DNA of 64,000 nucleotides, taken from assembly GCA_964016885.1 (NCBI GenBank), contig OZ024765.1:1984001-2048000 (forward strand), given 5' to 3'. This DNA is from Eledone cirrhosa. Its lineage: Eukaryota. Shown here one piece after another: positions 1 to 12,624 of this stretch (within the stretch, counting starts at the first letter, position 1; every line of letters starts with the position of its first letter). The position numbers and the translations under genes were made by a program. The notes below the pieces were generated by a model, which ran no database searches, was not told the origin of the DNA, and saw nothing but the letters and a program-made list of their open reading frames with translations.

Positions 1-347
1 ATATATATGTATGTATGTATGTATGTATATATGTGTGTAAATATGTGTGTATATGTATATACATATTTGCTTCTACATATACATCTCTATATACATAGTT
101 GTATAGGCTTATCTATCCATCCATCTATCTATATATATATATGTGTGTGTGTGTGTTAAAACGATTATATATATATATGAATATATATGTATATATGTGT
201 ATATATATAGATCTATATATGTGTGTGTGTTAAAACGATGATATATATATATATATATACATACATATCTATATATCATCGTTTTTTACATCTGCTTTCC
301 CTGCTATATATAGATTAATAAATATGTGTGTTTGTGTTTGTGTGTGT

Positions 348-600
348 ATCATCATTTTACATCCGTTTTTCCACGCTTTCTTGGGTCAGGCAGGTCCTGT
401 ATAGATAACAGAATCTCTCTATTTGTCACGTTCCTTTGTCTCCACCCAAGTCTGCCTTGGTCTTCCTCTACTGTGGCTGCCTTCCACTGGGATGTCTTGG
501 CCCATCTTCACCCACTGATCATTATCTATATATGTCATATGTCGATACCAGCGCAGTCTTCCCTCCATTCATCTCAGTCCCTCTTCTCAGAGTTTCATCT
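348..600 (-). mobile_element. Decayed RTE-clade LINE 3' end
   Basis: Minus strand reads EGRLRWYRHM...WVK...PVEG..SRGRPRQTW (RTE ORF C-terminus), then a GATGTAAAATGATGAT tail like the one at 41978-42402. Confidence 0.7.
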
Positions 601-1136
601 ACTAGTGATGTAGAAAAAGCTTTTACAGGACTAGAAGATGCTCTGTGTTGGCATGCGAACAGAACTGCAGACACTAATATTTCTAGGTATAATGAAGGAC
701 AAACTTTTTTCATATGTAACCCATTTGCAACTCCGCAGCGCCCTTATTATCATATTTACACATATTTTTTCCGAATTACACATATGTTTACCGAATTCGC
801 AGACCAGATCCCTTCTTCCTCCCGTTAGACCTGTGCGAAATTCCTTCCTTGCTCACATTTCAACCAGGTTTGATGATCTTTATTCTCTCGTTCACGATTT
901 CACCGAATTTAAATTCATAAAAATCTGGGACTTGTCTCCTTCTTCCTCACTTTCTGTTGCTTCACCATTTTGTTTGTTTACCCTCGCGTCCCCTTTATTT
1001 ACGTGTCCCAACGACTTTTTTTAGCCGTTGCTCGCACCAACCGGAGGTATATGGTCTTTAAAACGATGAAAAGCCTATGATGGTTGGAAGATCACTGATA
1101 AAGGACAAACTTTTTTCATATATATATATATATATA

Positions 1137-1557
1137 TTCGTAAAGACCTGAAAATCCGCCTTTTCATTGCTGTAGTGGAGTCTGTGCTGCTGTATGGGTC
1201 TGAGACTTGGACACTGACCAAGAAACTCACTCAGATGGTGGATGGGTGCTACACGAGAATGCTGAGGATGGCTCTGTACATTAATCAGTATACACTGAGG
1301 ATGAATAACTCAGAGCTGTATGGGAGCATCCCAAAAGTCAGCTCAAAAGTGACACAGAGGAGACTGGGGTTAGCTGGACATGCTCACCGACATCCAGAGT
1401 TGACATTGCACTAGAAGAGGAAGACCAAGGTTAACGTATGTTGATGCCGCAAGGACAGACACTGGTCTGTTGGAGATGCAGGACATGGCAGCGATAATGA
1501 GAGACAGAGACCGCTGGAGAGAACTCGTCCATGGATCTCGGGAATTTTACCCGCCTT

Positions 1558-1559
<2 letters not shown>
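1137..1559 (+). mobile_element. 5'-truncated RTE-clade LINE (RT C-terminal region) inside (TA)n
   Basis: RKDLKIRLFIAVVESVLLYGSETWTLTK...RMLRMAL...RRLGLAGH. Ends at TAG followed by (AT)n. Near-identical to 48221-48754, with an internal deletion relative to that copy. Confidence 0.9.
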
Positions 1560-1613
<54 letters not shown>

Positions 1614-1814
1614 CAAAATTCAGTACAGCATCATCAAAGCTCTGGTTGCAGCGAAGCTAACGAATGCAGTCGGGGTGTGCAGCTAAGCACTCAATAGGGT
1701 ATATTACACTAGAGTTATAACATTACGTTTAGACAGCTTTGCAAATTGAAGACACCGACCGATAGGCGGGCCGCAGTGACCATAGCGACGAAAAAAACTA
1801 TATATATATATATA

Positions 1815-2122
1815 TTGTTATAGTTGGGGAGGGTCATATTGTTGTAATAATATTGCCAGAAATAATAACAGAACACACTCACTGTTTGGTTTGGCCAGAA
1901 TTTTATGATGACGTCGAAAAACAACCGCCAACAACAGGACAAGCGAGGAAGATGTTTTTTGAAGCTAACACCCCAGTGAGAAAATTTGTTCCGAAATTAT
2001 TTCCAGTGTCCGACGAACCCGCAGTTCTAGAATCAGACAGATCCATACAATGATCGTGTCTCGAGCTGTCTGCCGGTGAAACAATTGTAACACACAATAA
2101 ATTAAATCCAGATGCATCACTG
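1815..2122. repeat. Unclassified dispersed repeat (terminus TTGTTATA(C/G)TT(T)GGGAGGGTCAT)
   Basis: Same terminus at 41097-41165, 43578-43600, 43710-43733 and 63166-63192. Internal part has an inverted homolog at about 34822-34960. Confidence 0.6.
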
Positions 2123-2458
2123 ATTTTTCGTTTTATATTACATATATAGAAATATATATTGGTGGTTACATATTGACATATACAAATCTATACACGTGTA
2201 TACATCAATATAATGAAAACTTTCAATAAATATATACATAAATAAGCAAATAGATTAAAAAATAGACACCACCCCTCCCATCCGTCTCCTACCCCGGGGA
2301 AGCCATCTGCTTTTAAATAGCATCACACATGACTGGGTATGAATGAAACAGATGGTTAGACACAAACCCCTTGACAAAATTGGAAATAATATTATTGGTT
2401 TTTGATTTAGGCACAAGGCCAGAAATTCTGGAATAGGTAAATGTTGATTAAATCATCA

Positions 2459-2665
2459 ACATGAATGGACCTGTTACTTTTATCTAAAGACATTTCTTCC
2501 AATTCCAACCCGCCCGTCCCCTCAATCTATCTGATTTCTCATTCTTTCTTCTGATGAAGGACTAGCGTCCGAAACGTTAAAACCCTCTTCCTGCTATATC
2601 AAGTGTTGACCTAATATATACCTTCCATATACTGTACCGATTGTGTTGTTATTTCTGTTTACTTT
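2459..2665 (+). mobile_element. Penelope-like pLTR/retrozyme fragment, family F, with hammerhead motif at 2551-2578
   Basis: CTGATGA-A-GGAC(TAGC)GTCC-GAAA-CG-TT. Homologous copies at 18869-19040 and 43805-44010. Confidence 0.7.
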
Positions 2666-2673
2666 TTACACAC

Positions 2674-2933
<260 letters not shown>

Positions 2934-2947
2934 ATATATATATACAT

Positions 2948-2986
<39 letters not shown>

Positions 2987-2993
2987 CACACAC

Positions 2994-3088
<95 letters not shown>

Positions 3089-3129
3089 TATATATATATA
3101 TATATACACACACACATATATATATATAA

Positions 3130-3174
<45 letters not shown>

Positions 3175-3546
3175 TATATATATATATATACACACACACA
3201 TGTATATATATACACACACACATATATATATACATACACACACACACATATATATATATATACACACACACACACATATATATATATACACACACACACA
3301 CATATATACATACACACACACATTTATATATACACACACACACATATATATATACATACACACACACATATATATACATACACACACACACACACACACA
3401 CACATACATATATACACACACACACATTTGTAAGGAAATACATTTAGAAATATAAGACAAATTAAGAAGTGTGTCTTTCATGAATAAATACTTTGAGAGT
3501 TGTGAAAAACAGACAGATTCTTTAAAGGAGGGGTTATGCCCTCGCT

Positions 3547-3664
3547 CCCCCCTAACCCTCCTCCTACCCCGCCAGACAGTCAGCTACCCCCTAACCCTCC
3601 TCCTACCCCGCCAGACAGTCAGCTCCCCCCCTAACCCTCCTCCTACCCCGCCAGACAGTCAGCT
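3547..3664. repeat. 39-40 bp tandem repeat x3
   Basis: CCCCCTAACCCTCCTCCTACCCCGCCAGACAGTCAGCT repeated. Confidence 0.9.
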
Positions 3665-3727
3665 AAAGAGATTGATGCTGCATCTGTCAACAATTCTTTA
3701 CACCTCATCAGAGATCTAGTTACACCT

Positions 3728-4360
3728 GTGGTGGTGGTGGTGGTAGTAGTGGTGGTAGTGTTGATGGTTGTAGTGGTGTTGATGTGGTGGTGGTCGTGGT
3801 GTCGTGGTGGTGGTGGTGTTGTGGTGGTAGTGTTGTGGTGGTGGTGGTGGTGGCTGTGGTGGTTGTGGTTGTAGTGGTGGTGGTAGTGTTGTGGTGGTGG
3901 TGGTGTTGATGTGGTGGTGGTGGTGTTGTGGTGGTAGTGTTGTGGTGGTGGTGGTGATGTGGTGGTGGTGGTGGTGGTGTTGTGGTGGTGGTGGTGTTGT
4001 GGTGGTGGTGGCGGCGGCTGTGGTGGTGTTGATGGTTGTAGTGGTGGTGGTAGTGCTGTGGTGGTGGTGATGTGGTGGTGGTGGTGGTGTTGTGGTGGTG
4101 GTGGTGGTGTTGATGGTTGTAGTGGTGGTGCTGTGGTGGTGATGGTTATGGTTATGGTGGTGGTGGTGGTAGTGGTGGTGTTGGTAGCTTCTATGGTAGT
4201 GGTGGTGGTGGTAGCTTCTATGGTGGTTATGGTGGTGTTGGTAGCTTCTATGGTAGTGGTGGTGGTATTGGTAGCTTCTGTGGTGGTGGTGGTGGTGGTG
4301 GTAGTGGTGGTGGTGGTGGTGATGTTGGTAGCTTCTATGGTAGTGGTGGTGGTAATAATG
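3728..4360. repeat. (GGT)n/(GTA)n low-complexity tract
   Basis: Seen directly; source of the poly-T/H/P/V ORFs. Confidence 0.95.
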
Positions 4361-4682
4361 CGGTGTATAACCATTAAGATAATCGCAATCACCACCATCA
4401 CCAATATTATAATCACCACCACCATTACCAAACCACTTTACCCCTAGTATCACCATTATCATCATATTAGTTGTCTTCTTCATCAACTCTACCATAGCTA
4501 TCAACCAGAAAATATGATCAGTAATGGAAAGACCAATGGACACATTGTTTCCTTGGTCTGATCTGATGATCAGCTCCTTTCTTCTGCCAGGGGTTGTGTC
4601 TGACAGACAGACAGACAGATAGTATCAGTAATGGAAAGACCAACAGAATAGTATCACGTGCTGATTATGAAAACTCACGCAC

Positions 4683-5081
4683 GTCACACAGGCATCATAT
4701 AACTGGCCTTTCATACGCAGGGAGAAACCCTACTTCGTCAGCAGAAGAAGCAGCTCCCTAGACTTCTTCCAACCTGTCCGTATTCTAGATACTATGGACT
4801 CGGAACACCCCCCCCCCTCCCTTGCTAATCTGATCACCTAGGTACCGTAAGCTATCCACCACTTCTATAGCACCCACCTGCTTTGAAAAACGTATCTATC
4901 AATGCGACTTCTACTGTCAAATTTCCCTGTACATCTACTGCATACGTCTTTCCCCCTACCTGTTAGTTTGCCTGCTATCCCGCTACATCTCTTGTGTACC
5001 CAAGATCTGCATTGTGTGCATTTTATAGAATTTATGCCAGTTCCTTTTCTGCATATCGAACATGGCCATTTCCTTGACGGA
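4683..5081 (-). mobile_element. RTE-clade LINE fragment with Cys-rich zinc-finger insert
   Basis: PSRKWPCSICRKGTGINSIKCTQCRSWVHKRCSGI...CSRC, then EVVDSLRYLGDQISK..SESIVSRIRTGWKK...GFSLRMKGQLYDAC with frameshifts and a stop. Homologous to 34140-34310. Confidence 0.85.
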
Positions 5082-5147
5082 ATATACATACACACACACA
5101 CACACATATATACATACACACACATATATATATATACACATACACAT

Positions 5148-5489
5148 ATCATCATCATCATCATCATCATTTTACATCCGATTTTCCCTCCTTGCAAGGG
5201 TGGAACGGGAACTGATTCTGGCTTGATTTCTACAGCTGGATGCCCTTCCTAACACCAACCTCATTTACAGTGAGTGCTGGGTGCTTTTTTTCCGTGGCAC
5301 CTACACGACCACTTTGCAGTGGAATGATAGGGACCCCAGTCCTATCATCTCATTTCTACAGCTGAGTAAACTGGAGCAACGTGAAAGAAAGTGTCTTGCT
5401 CAAGGAAACAACACATGACCCGGTCTGAGAACTGAACTCACAACTTTTCGATTGCAAGCCCAATGATCTAGCAACTAAGCCATGTGCCT

Positions 5490-5491
<2 letters not shown>
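5148..5491 (-). mobile_element. Full-length tRNA-CORE SINE with RTE-derived tail
   Basis: Reverse-complement homolog of 46039-46373: A/B boxes, CCTTGAGCAAGACACTT core, (ATG)n tail. Confidence 0.9.
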
Positions 5492-5546
<55 letters not shown>

Positions 5547-5559
5547 TACCATTTTCTTA

Positions 5560-5780
5560 GAAAAATAGCACCATATCAACACACCACAAAGCAAAATGGA
5601 AATAAAAACGTAAGAACCACAAAAACCAAAAAATAAAAGAAAACATTACTAAAATACCACGTTATACATTTACTAAGCATTCCAATATTTCGGGTGAAAG
5701 GCCCTTTCTCGGAGGAATATACCAAATGATAAAAGAGCCGTAACTCTGAACTCAACAAATGCAAAGTAACCCTTCATAAA
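5560..5780 (-). mobile_element. Penelope-like terminal fragment with degenerate hammerhead
   Basis: Minus 5681-5718 reads TCCTCCGAGAAAGGG(CCTTTCA)CCCGAAATATTGGA; the CTGANGA core is decayed. Confidence 0.35.
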
Positions 5781-5980
5781 TGCATAGTTTTGATTGGTTG
5801 TTTTAGTTTATAATTTTTGTTTTTATTTTTATCTTTATCTTTTTTATTATTGTTGTGGTTGTTGTTGTTGTTGTGTTTGTTTTTGTTGTTATTGTAATTT
5901 TTTTTTGTTCTTTGCATTTAGTTTCCAGCTTGCATTAGCTGCTGTATAGTCTGGCTTGTCCTCTGTTCCATAAGGCTGCA

Positions 5981-6047
<67 letters not shown>

Positions 6048-6049
<2 letters not shown>

Positions 6050-6396
6050 GCAAAAGTTCTATTTAAATTGTTGGGATACAACAAGCAAATATTTTTATAA
6101 CTGATATAAATCACTCGACAAGTATTTGGAGTAGATATACGATATTAACAAATGGAAACTATATTTATAAAACCATATTTATTTCATTATACATATTTCA
6201 AGGATACCAAGTTAAATTATGGTATGCCTTCATCAGACAAAATACAATATATACCAGTTTTATAAATAAACATTGACGTACCCTTTCAAAATGCGCCCAT
6301 TACTTTTGGACGACATCAGTTATTTATAAAACGGGTATATATTGTATTTTGTCTGATGAAGGCATACCATAATTTAACTTGGTATCCTTGAAATAT
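6048..6396. mobile_element. Family B pLTR-like element with inverted duplication and hammerhead motif
   Basis: 6193-6269 is inverted at 6320-6396. Motif CTGATGA-AGGCATACCA...TGGTATCCTT-GAAA. Homologs at 11631-11950 and 52336-52564. Confidence 0.7.
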
Positions 6397-6640
6397 ATAT
6401 ATATATATATACACACATACATATATATATATACATACATATATGTATATATATGCATACAAATATATATATATGCATAGATATATATATATATAATATA
6501 TATATGCACATATAAATATATATACATACAAATATATATATATGCATAGATATATATATATATGCACATATAAATATATATACATATATATATATACATA
6601 TATATATATGCATATATATATATGCATATATGAAAAAATA

Positions 6641-6717
6641 TGACCCACTCTACTACCCTAAGTATTGAGTACTCTGGTGCGTTATGGTCCATCTGATTCC
6701 TTACCACAACTCCTTTG

Positions 6718-6721
<4 letters not shown>
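6641..6721 (+). mobile_element. Family A fragment
   Basis: Reverse complement of 2811-2890. Confidence 0.8.
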
Positions 6722-6784
<63 letters not shown>

Positions 6785-7075
6785 CATACATATATATACA
6801 TACATATATTTATGTATATATATATGTATGTATACATATATATATATAAGGTGGATTTTTTCCTACGTATATATATACATAAATACCCTACGTATAAATA
6901 TATATACATAAATTTCCTACGTATATATATATACATATATACATATATATACATAAATATATATATACATAAATATATATATATATATTCATAAATATAA
7001 ATATATATATATATCTTCATAAATAAATAAATATATATATATATATAGAGAGAGAGATAGAGAGTGTCCCAAAAT

Positions 7076-7112
<37 letters not shown>

Positions 7113-7501
7113 TCTCTCACATATCACCCCAATATTGACCACATACACACATACACACACACACACACACACATACACACATACACACACAATCTCTCTC
7201 ACATATCACCCCAATATTGACCACATACAAAAGTAGCAGCAAATATACCACAATTGGTGTTAATGCCTACATATTCCACAGTATTGAGTTTCTCTGGGAA
7301 ACTTAGCCATTATTGTAAAGAAAAATTACTATTTCATGAAACATTTACAACTTGCTGTTGTCTAATGCACTCTGCTATAGATATTGAATATGTATATTAC
7401 ATGTTAAGTATGTATTTATAGCAGACAGTATTTGCATTAAAGAAAGTCTTCCATAGTTTTCTTGTCATATGTACGAGGGTACTTCAAAAAGCATCTATTC
7501 T

Positions 7502-8270
7502 ACACTGTAAAGTGGTCATGTTGGTGTCATGACACCCAGTCCACACTGTAAAGTGGTCATGTAGGTGTCACAACAAAAAGTACCCAGTACACTCTGTAAA
7601 GTGGTCATGTAGGTGTCACAACAAAAAGCACCCAGTCCACACTGTAAAGTGGTCATGTAGGTGTCACAACAAAAAGCACCCAGTCCACACTGTAAAGTGG
7701 TCATGTAAGTGTCACAACAAAAAGTACCCAGTACACTCTGTAAAGTGGTCATGTAGGTGTCACAACAAGAAGCACCCAGTCCACACTGTAAAGTGGTCAT
7801 ATAAGTGTCACAACAAAAAGTACCCAGTACACTCTGTAAAGTGGTCATGTAGGTGTCACAACAAGAAGCACCCAGTCCACACTGTAAAGTGGTCATGTAG
7901 GTGTCACAACAAAAAGCACCCAGTCCACACTGTAAAGTGGTCATGTAGGTGTCACAACAAGAAGCACCCAGTCCACACTGTAATGTGGTCATGTAAGTGT
8001 CACAACAAAAAGTACCCAGTACACTCTGTAAAGTGGTCATGTAGGTGTCACAACAAGAAGCACCCAGTCCACACTGTAATGTGGTCATGTAAGTGTCACA
8101 ACAAAAAGTACCCAGTACACTCTGTAAAGTGGTCATGTAAGTGTCACAACAAAAAGTACCCAGTACACTCTGTAAAGTGGTCATGTAGGAGTCACAACAA
8201 AAAGCACCCAGTCCACACTGTAAAGTAGTCATGTAGGTGTCAAGACAAAAAGCACCCAGCACTCACTGTA
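7502..8270 (+). repeat. 48-bp minisatellite (about 16 copies) derived from SINE body
   Basis: Unit CACCCAGTCCACACTGTAAAGTGGTCATGTAGGTGTCACAACAAAAAG runs directly into the SINE 3' part. Confidence 0.9.
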
Positions 8271-8445
8271 AATGAGGTTGGTGTTAGAAAGGGCATCCAG
8301 CTGTAGAAACCAAACCAGAAACAGTTCTGCATGAGCAAGACAAGAGAATCTGATTTGACTTGTCTCACAACAGGACAACATGCCTAACCCATGCTAGTGT
8401 GGAAAAACAGACGTTAAACGGTGGTGACAGGGATAATGATGATTG
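8250..8445 (+). mobile_element. RTE-tailed SINE 3' half
   Basis: GTTGGTGTTAGAAAGGGCATCCAGCTGTAGAAA...AACCCATGCTAGTGTGGAAAAACAGACGTTAAA. Confidence 0.85.
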
Positions 8446-8883
8446 TGGTGATGATGATGACAATGATGATAGTGGTAGTGGTGATGATGATGGTGGTGGT
8501 GGTGGTGGTGATGGTGGTGGTGGTGGTGATGATGATGGTGGTGATGATGGTGGTGATGATGGTGGTGGTGATGGTGGTGGTGGTGGTGGTGGTGGTGGTG
8601 GTGATGATGGTGATGGTGATGACAATGATAATGAAAGTCTGGAATCTATTGTACTGAAATAAAGAAACTACACTTCACACAATAATGTGACAACTTGCTG
8701 GAAGCAATATTTGAATTTATGAAAATGTGACATTAAGAATTGTGATAAATCACAGCTTTATGGTTTAGGATTTGTAATCCCTCAGAGTCACAAGACTTGT
8801 TAACACAGCCATGACAATGCCACAAGATGTACAGACCTTTTTTGTTTTACCAGTAACAGTATAAATAGCGATAGTTAAAGAAT

Positions 8884-9205
8884 TTCAACTCTTGAGCATT
8901 CTAGCTGAGTTTAGCCATGAGCAAAACATAGATTCTCATCTTTTTTTGGTTACGACTCTCCTATATAAAGACAGCTGAAGATCTTTCAACTTTTGAGCAT
9001 TCTAGCTGAGTTTAGCCATGAGCAAAACATAGATTCTCATCTTTTTTTGGTTACAACTCTCCTATATAAAGACAGTTGAAGATCTTTCAACTTTTGAGCA
9101 TTCTAGCTGAGTTTAGCCATGAGCAAAACATAGATTCTCATCTTTTTTTGGTTTCGACTCTCCTCTATAAAGACAGCTGAAGATCTTTCAACTCTTGAGC
9201 ATTCC
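8884..9205. repeat. 101-bp tandem repeat x3.2
   Basis: TTCAAT/TTCAAC starts at 8884, 8985, 9086, 9187. Confidence 0.9.
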
Positions 9206-9465
9206 ACCTGAGTAGCACTTTTACGCTACGGCCAGCCACACAAACCTGTAACATCCTGAACAAGCAATGCCTGTACTTTGAAGGTTTTTTTAAGTGGGGA
9301 AAGGCCTTACACTCGACCCATTCCACTCTCTGAGCATCGAAAACACTACCCGAAAAGGAGAACTGGTCAACATCATCAGATGCTTCCGAAGCCACAGGTT
9401 TTTTTTCAGAGTTTCCCGCTCCTAGAAAAGTGTTGTGACAACAACTGGGGGCCTTTCACACCCAC
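9206..9465 (-). mobile_element. Probable decayed RTE 3' end
   Basis: Inverted homolog of 44455-44791. Reads SVFDAQRVEW and IACSGCYR, resembling the RTE C-terminus and its zinc finger. Confidence 0.5.
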
Positions 9466-9506
9466 GTGACCCCCACCCCCCCAAAAAAAAACCATACATA
9501 CACACA

Positions 9507-9798
9507 CAAGGGTCAGCTGAAAAGTTCATAGATTGACTATGAAGGAGTGATGCTTGAGCATTAATTTCAACTCTTCTTAATTAACTGCATGGTTTCCTTT
9601 CAGGGACTATGTTGAAAAATAAACCTCATTTGGTCATTCCATGAGAGTATCTTGGTCATGAACTGACTATGATGGAGTGATGCCAGAGCTGAGAAATCAT
9701 GCATGCACTAATTTCAACTCTTAATAACAGCATAGTTTCCTTCCAGGGAACATGTGGAAAATAAACCTTATAAGGGCATTTATGAACTTTCAAACCTA
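9507..9798. mobile_element. Mariner-like MITE remnant
   Basis: CAAGGGTCAGCTGAAAAGTTCATA at the left end and TATGAACTTTCAAACCT at the right; internal ~130-bp duplication. A lone similar TIR (TACGAGGGTACTTCAAAAAG) sits at 7472-7491. Confidence 0.5.
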
Positions 9799-9871
9799 GA
9801 ATAGAAACATTTCTTCTAAGGTATAATAAAATTTAAAATTAAAACAAATATTTTTATTAATCAAAATACCA

Positions 9872-10685
9872 TTAACCTTTACAATAAATACTAAACCACC
9901 CTGAAACCACCCGTGATTTCATGATACAAAACTGTTTGTTTTGTATCATTCATAATTTATTTCTTATCCTGCCATCATAATTTTACGCAATAAATATTAT
10001 TTATGTTCCCAGCGTCAGTTTAATAATGGGAAAATCAGTTATTACAAAATCACTTTAAATTCTTGATGATTATCAAAATTATTTGAAAGCCATAGCTAGA
10101 GTCTTTCATTAGAAATATGGTAACACAGAGGTTAAAGTGTTTAGAGCTTAAAGTATTTAGAAAACTTTCCAGCAATCATGATTTTATATAAGAACGTTTG
10201 TTAAGTTATGTTCCAAACACCAGGTTAATAAGACAGTGTCTTGTTCAACTTGATAGCTCTGTTTCTTTCATTAGAAATATGGTAATGAAAGGGTTAAAGT
10301 GTTTATATTTATCTGAAAACCTTCCATCATAATTTTATATAAGAACGTTTGTTAAGTTATGTTCCAAACACCAGGTTAATAAGACAGTGTCTTGTTCAAC
10401 TTGATAGCTCTGTTTCTTTCATTAGAAATATGGTAATGAAAGGGTTAAAGTGTTTATATTTATCTGAAAACCTTCCATCATAATTTTATATAAGAACGTT
10501 TGTTAAGTTATGTTCCAAACACCAGGTTAATAAGACAGTGTCTTGTTCAACTTGATAGCTCTGTTTCTTTCATTAGAAATATGGTAATGAAAGGGTTAAA
10601 GTGTTTATATTTATCTAAAAACATTCCATCATAATTTTATATAAGAACGTTTGTTAAGTTATGTTCCAAACACCAGGTTAATAAT
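9872..10685. mobile_element. piggyBac-like MITE with its end amplified as a 151-bp tandem array
   Basis: TTAACC start at 9872; repeated GAAATATGGTAATGAAAGGGTTAA ends; AGAACGTTTG recurs at 10191, 10342, 10493, 10644. Confidence 0.6.
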
Positions 10686-10830
10686 GAGAAAATCCTTACA
10701 AATATGTCAGACCACACACACACGTATATATTATATATATATATATATATATACATGTATATCTACATATGCATATACATACATGCATATACACACACAC
10801 ATACATATATACATATATATGCACACACAC

Positions 10831-10865
<35 letters not shown>

Positions 10866-10872
10866 TATATAT

Positions 10873-11001
<129 letters not shown>

Positions 11002-11028
11002 TATATATACACACACATATACACACAC

Positions 11029-11061
<33 letters not shown>

Positions 11062-11090
11062 TATATACACACACACACACATATATATAT

Positions 11091-11205
11091 TCCCGTATGA
11101 GCAAGACAAGGTCAGCCGACCGGGCACAGCCCACAACAGGACAACCCGTCTAACCCATGCTAGCGTGGAAGAACGAACGTAAAATAGTGATGATGATGAT
11201 GATGA
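11091..11205 (+). mobile_element. RTE-tailed SINE 3' fragment
   Basis: ACCCGTCTAACCCATGCTAGCGTGGAAGAACGAACGTAAAA followed by (ATG)n. Confidence 0.85.
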
Positions 11206-11254
11206 TATATGAAAATGTGACACCTCGTCCTTATTATTATTATTGTTGTTATGT

Positions 11255-11352
11255 ATTTTTACTCAACTTTATTCTACCCCCCCCCCCCCCCCACTGTTCC
11301 TGTCTTTGTATTGTCCCCTACATGTCGGCCCTTGTGGCTAATATAGAAATGA
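11255..11352 (+). mobile_element. LINE 3' UTR end (Tx1/L1-like family)
   Basis: TTGTCCCC...GCCCTTGTGGCTAATATAGAAAT shared with the ends at 47760-47800, 48120-48162 and the minus copy at 20505-20710. Confidence 0.55.
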
Positions 11353-11538
11353 TTATATATATATATATATATATATATAGTTATGTAATAAACAATATAA
11401 TTTTTTGCTTTTAAGAAACCACTGGTAAATGGAATAATTGCCTTATGTTGTTTATTACATAACTATTAAGCTCTGTTACCTACATAGAGCACTCTTTTTT
11501 CCTGAACTTTTCCGACGGAATTACTTCATTTACACACG

Positions 11539-11626
<88 letters not shown>

Positions 11627-11630
11627 TATA

Positions 11631-11950
11631 TGTAGAAGTTCTATTTAAATTGTTGGGATACAACAAGCAAATATTTTTATAACTGATATAAAGCACTCAA
11701 CAAATATTTGGAGTAAAAATACGATATTAACAAATGGAAACTATATTTATAAAACCATATTTATTTCATTATACATATTTCAAGGACACCAAGTTAAATT
11801 ATGGTGTGCTTTCATCAGATAAAATATAATATAGATCAGTTTTATAAATAAATATTGACATACCCTTAAAAATCTGGGAGCTTCCAACAGTAATGGTCGC
11901 ATTTTTTAAGGGTATGTCAATATTTATTTATAAAACTGATCTACATTATA
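11631..11950. mobile_element. Family B element with terminal inversion
   Basis: Homologous to 6048-6290; 11832-11871 inverted at 11903-11943; hammerhead motif on the minus strand at about 11775-11818. Confidence 0.7.
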
Positions 11951-12034
11951 TATAGAGAAAGAATAAAGACAGAAAGAGAGAATGAGAGGGAAAGAAAGAG
12001 AAAGAAAGAAAGAGAGAGAGAAAGAAAGAAAGAG

Positions 12035-12093
<59 letters not shown>

Positions 12094-12499
12094 AAGAATG
12101 AAAACAGAAAGAGAGAGAGAGAGAATGAGAGAGAAAGTAAGAGAAAGAGTGAAAGAGAGAGAGAGAAAGAGAAAGAGAGAGAAAGAATAAAGACAGAAAG
12201 AAAGAGAGGGAGAGAGAATGAGAGAGAAAGAAAGAGAAAGAAAGAAAGAGAGAGAGAGAGAGAAAGAGAATAAAGACAGAAAGAAAGAGAGGGAGAGAGA
12301 ATGAGAGAGAAAGAAAGAGAAAGAAAGAAAAAGAGAAAGAAAGAGAGAGAGTGAAAGAGAGATAGACATATATATACAATTACAGGTAGATTCCAGGTGT
12401 ATATCAGGAGGTGACCACAGTTAAAAGAAGTACTCAATACGAATGAAATAGTTCTAGTGCTGTAGGACTCACTTATACACCCTGTATATAATATATATA

Positions 12500-12574
12500 T
12501 AGGGTGTCCCCAAAAAATGTATACACACTTCAACGGCATTCTAGTAAATATGTGTATACATTTTTTGAGACACC

Positions 12575-12624
<50 letters not shown>

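Noticed and set aside
3547-3664. Telomeric repeat (CCCTAACCC)
   Set aside because: Only one motif per 39-40-bp unit, not a (TTAGGG)n tract.
4518-4645. CTGATGA...CTGA as a C/D snoRNA or hammerhead (also 60030-60125)
   Set aside because: It is a decayed piece of the SINE body at 54465-54610, where the position reads TTGACGA; no supporting stems.
7516-8262. 248-aa Cys-rich repeat ORF
   Set aside because: Antisense translation of a 48-bp SINE-derived minisatellite.
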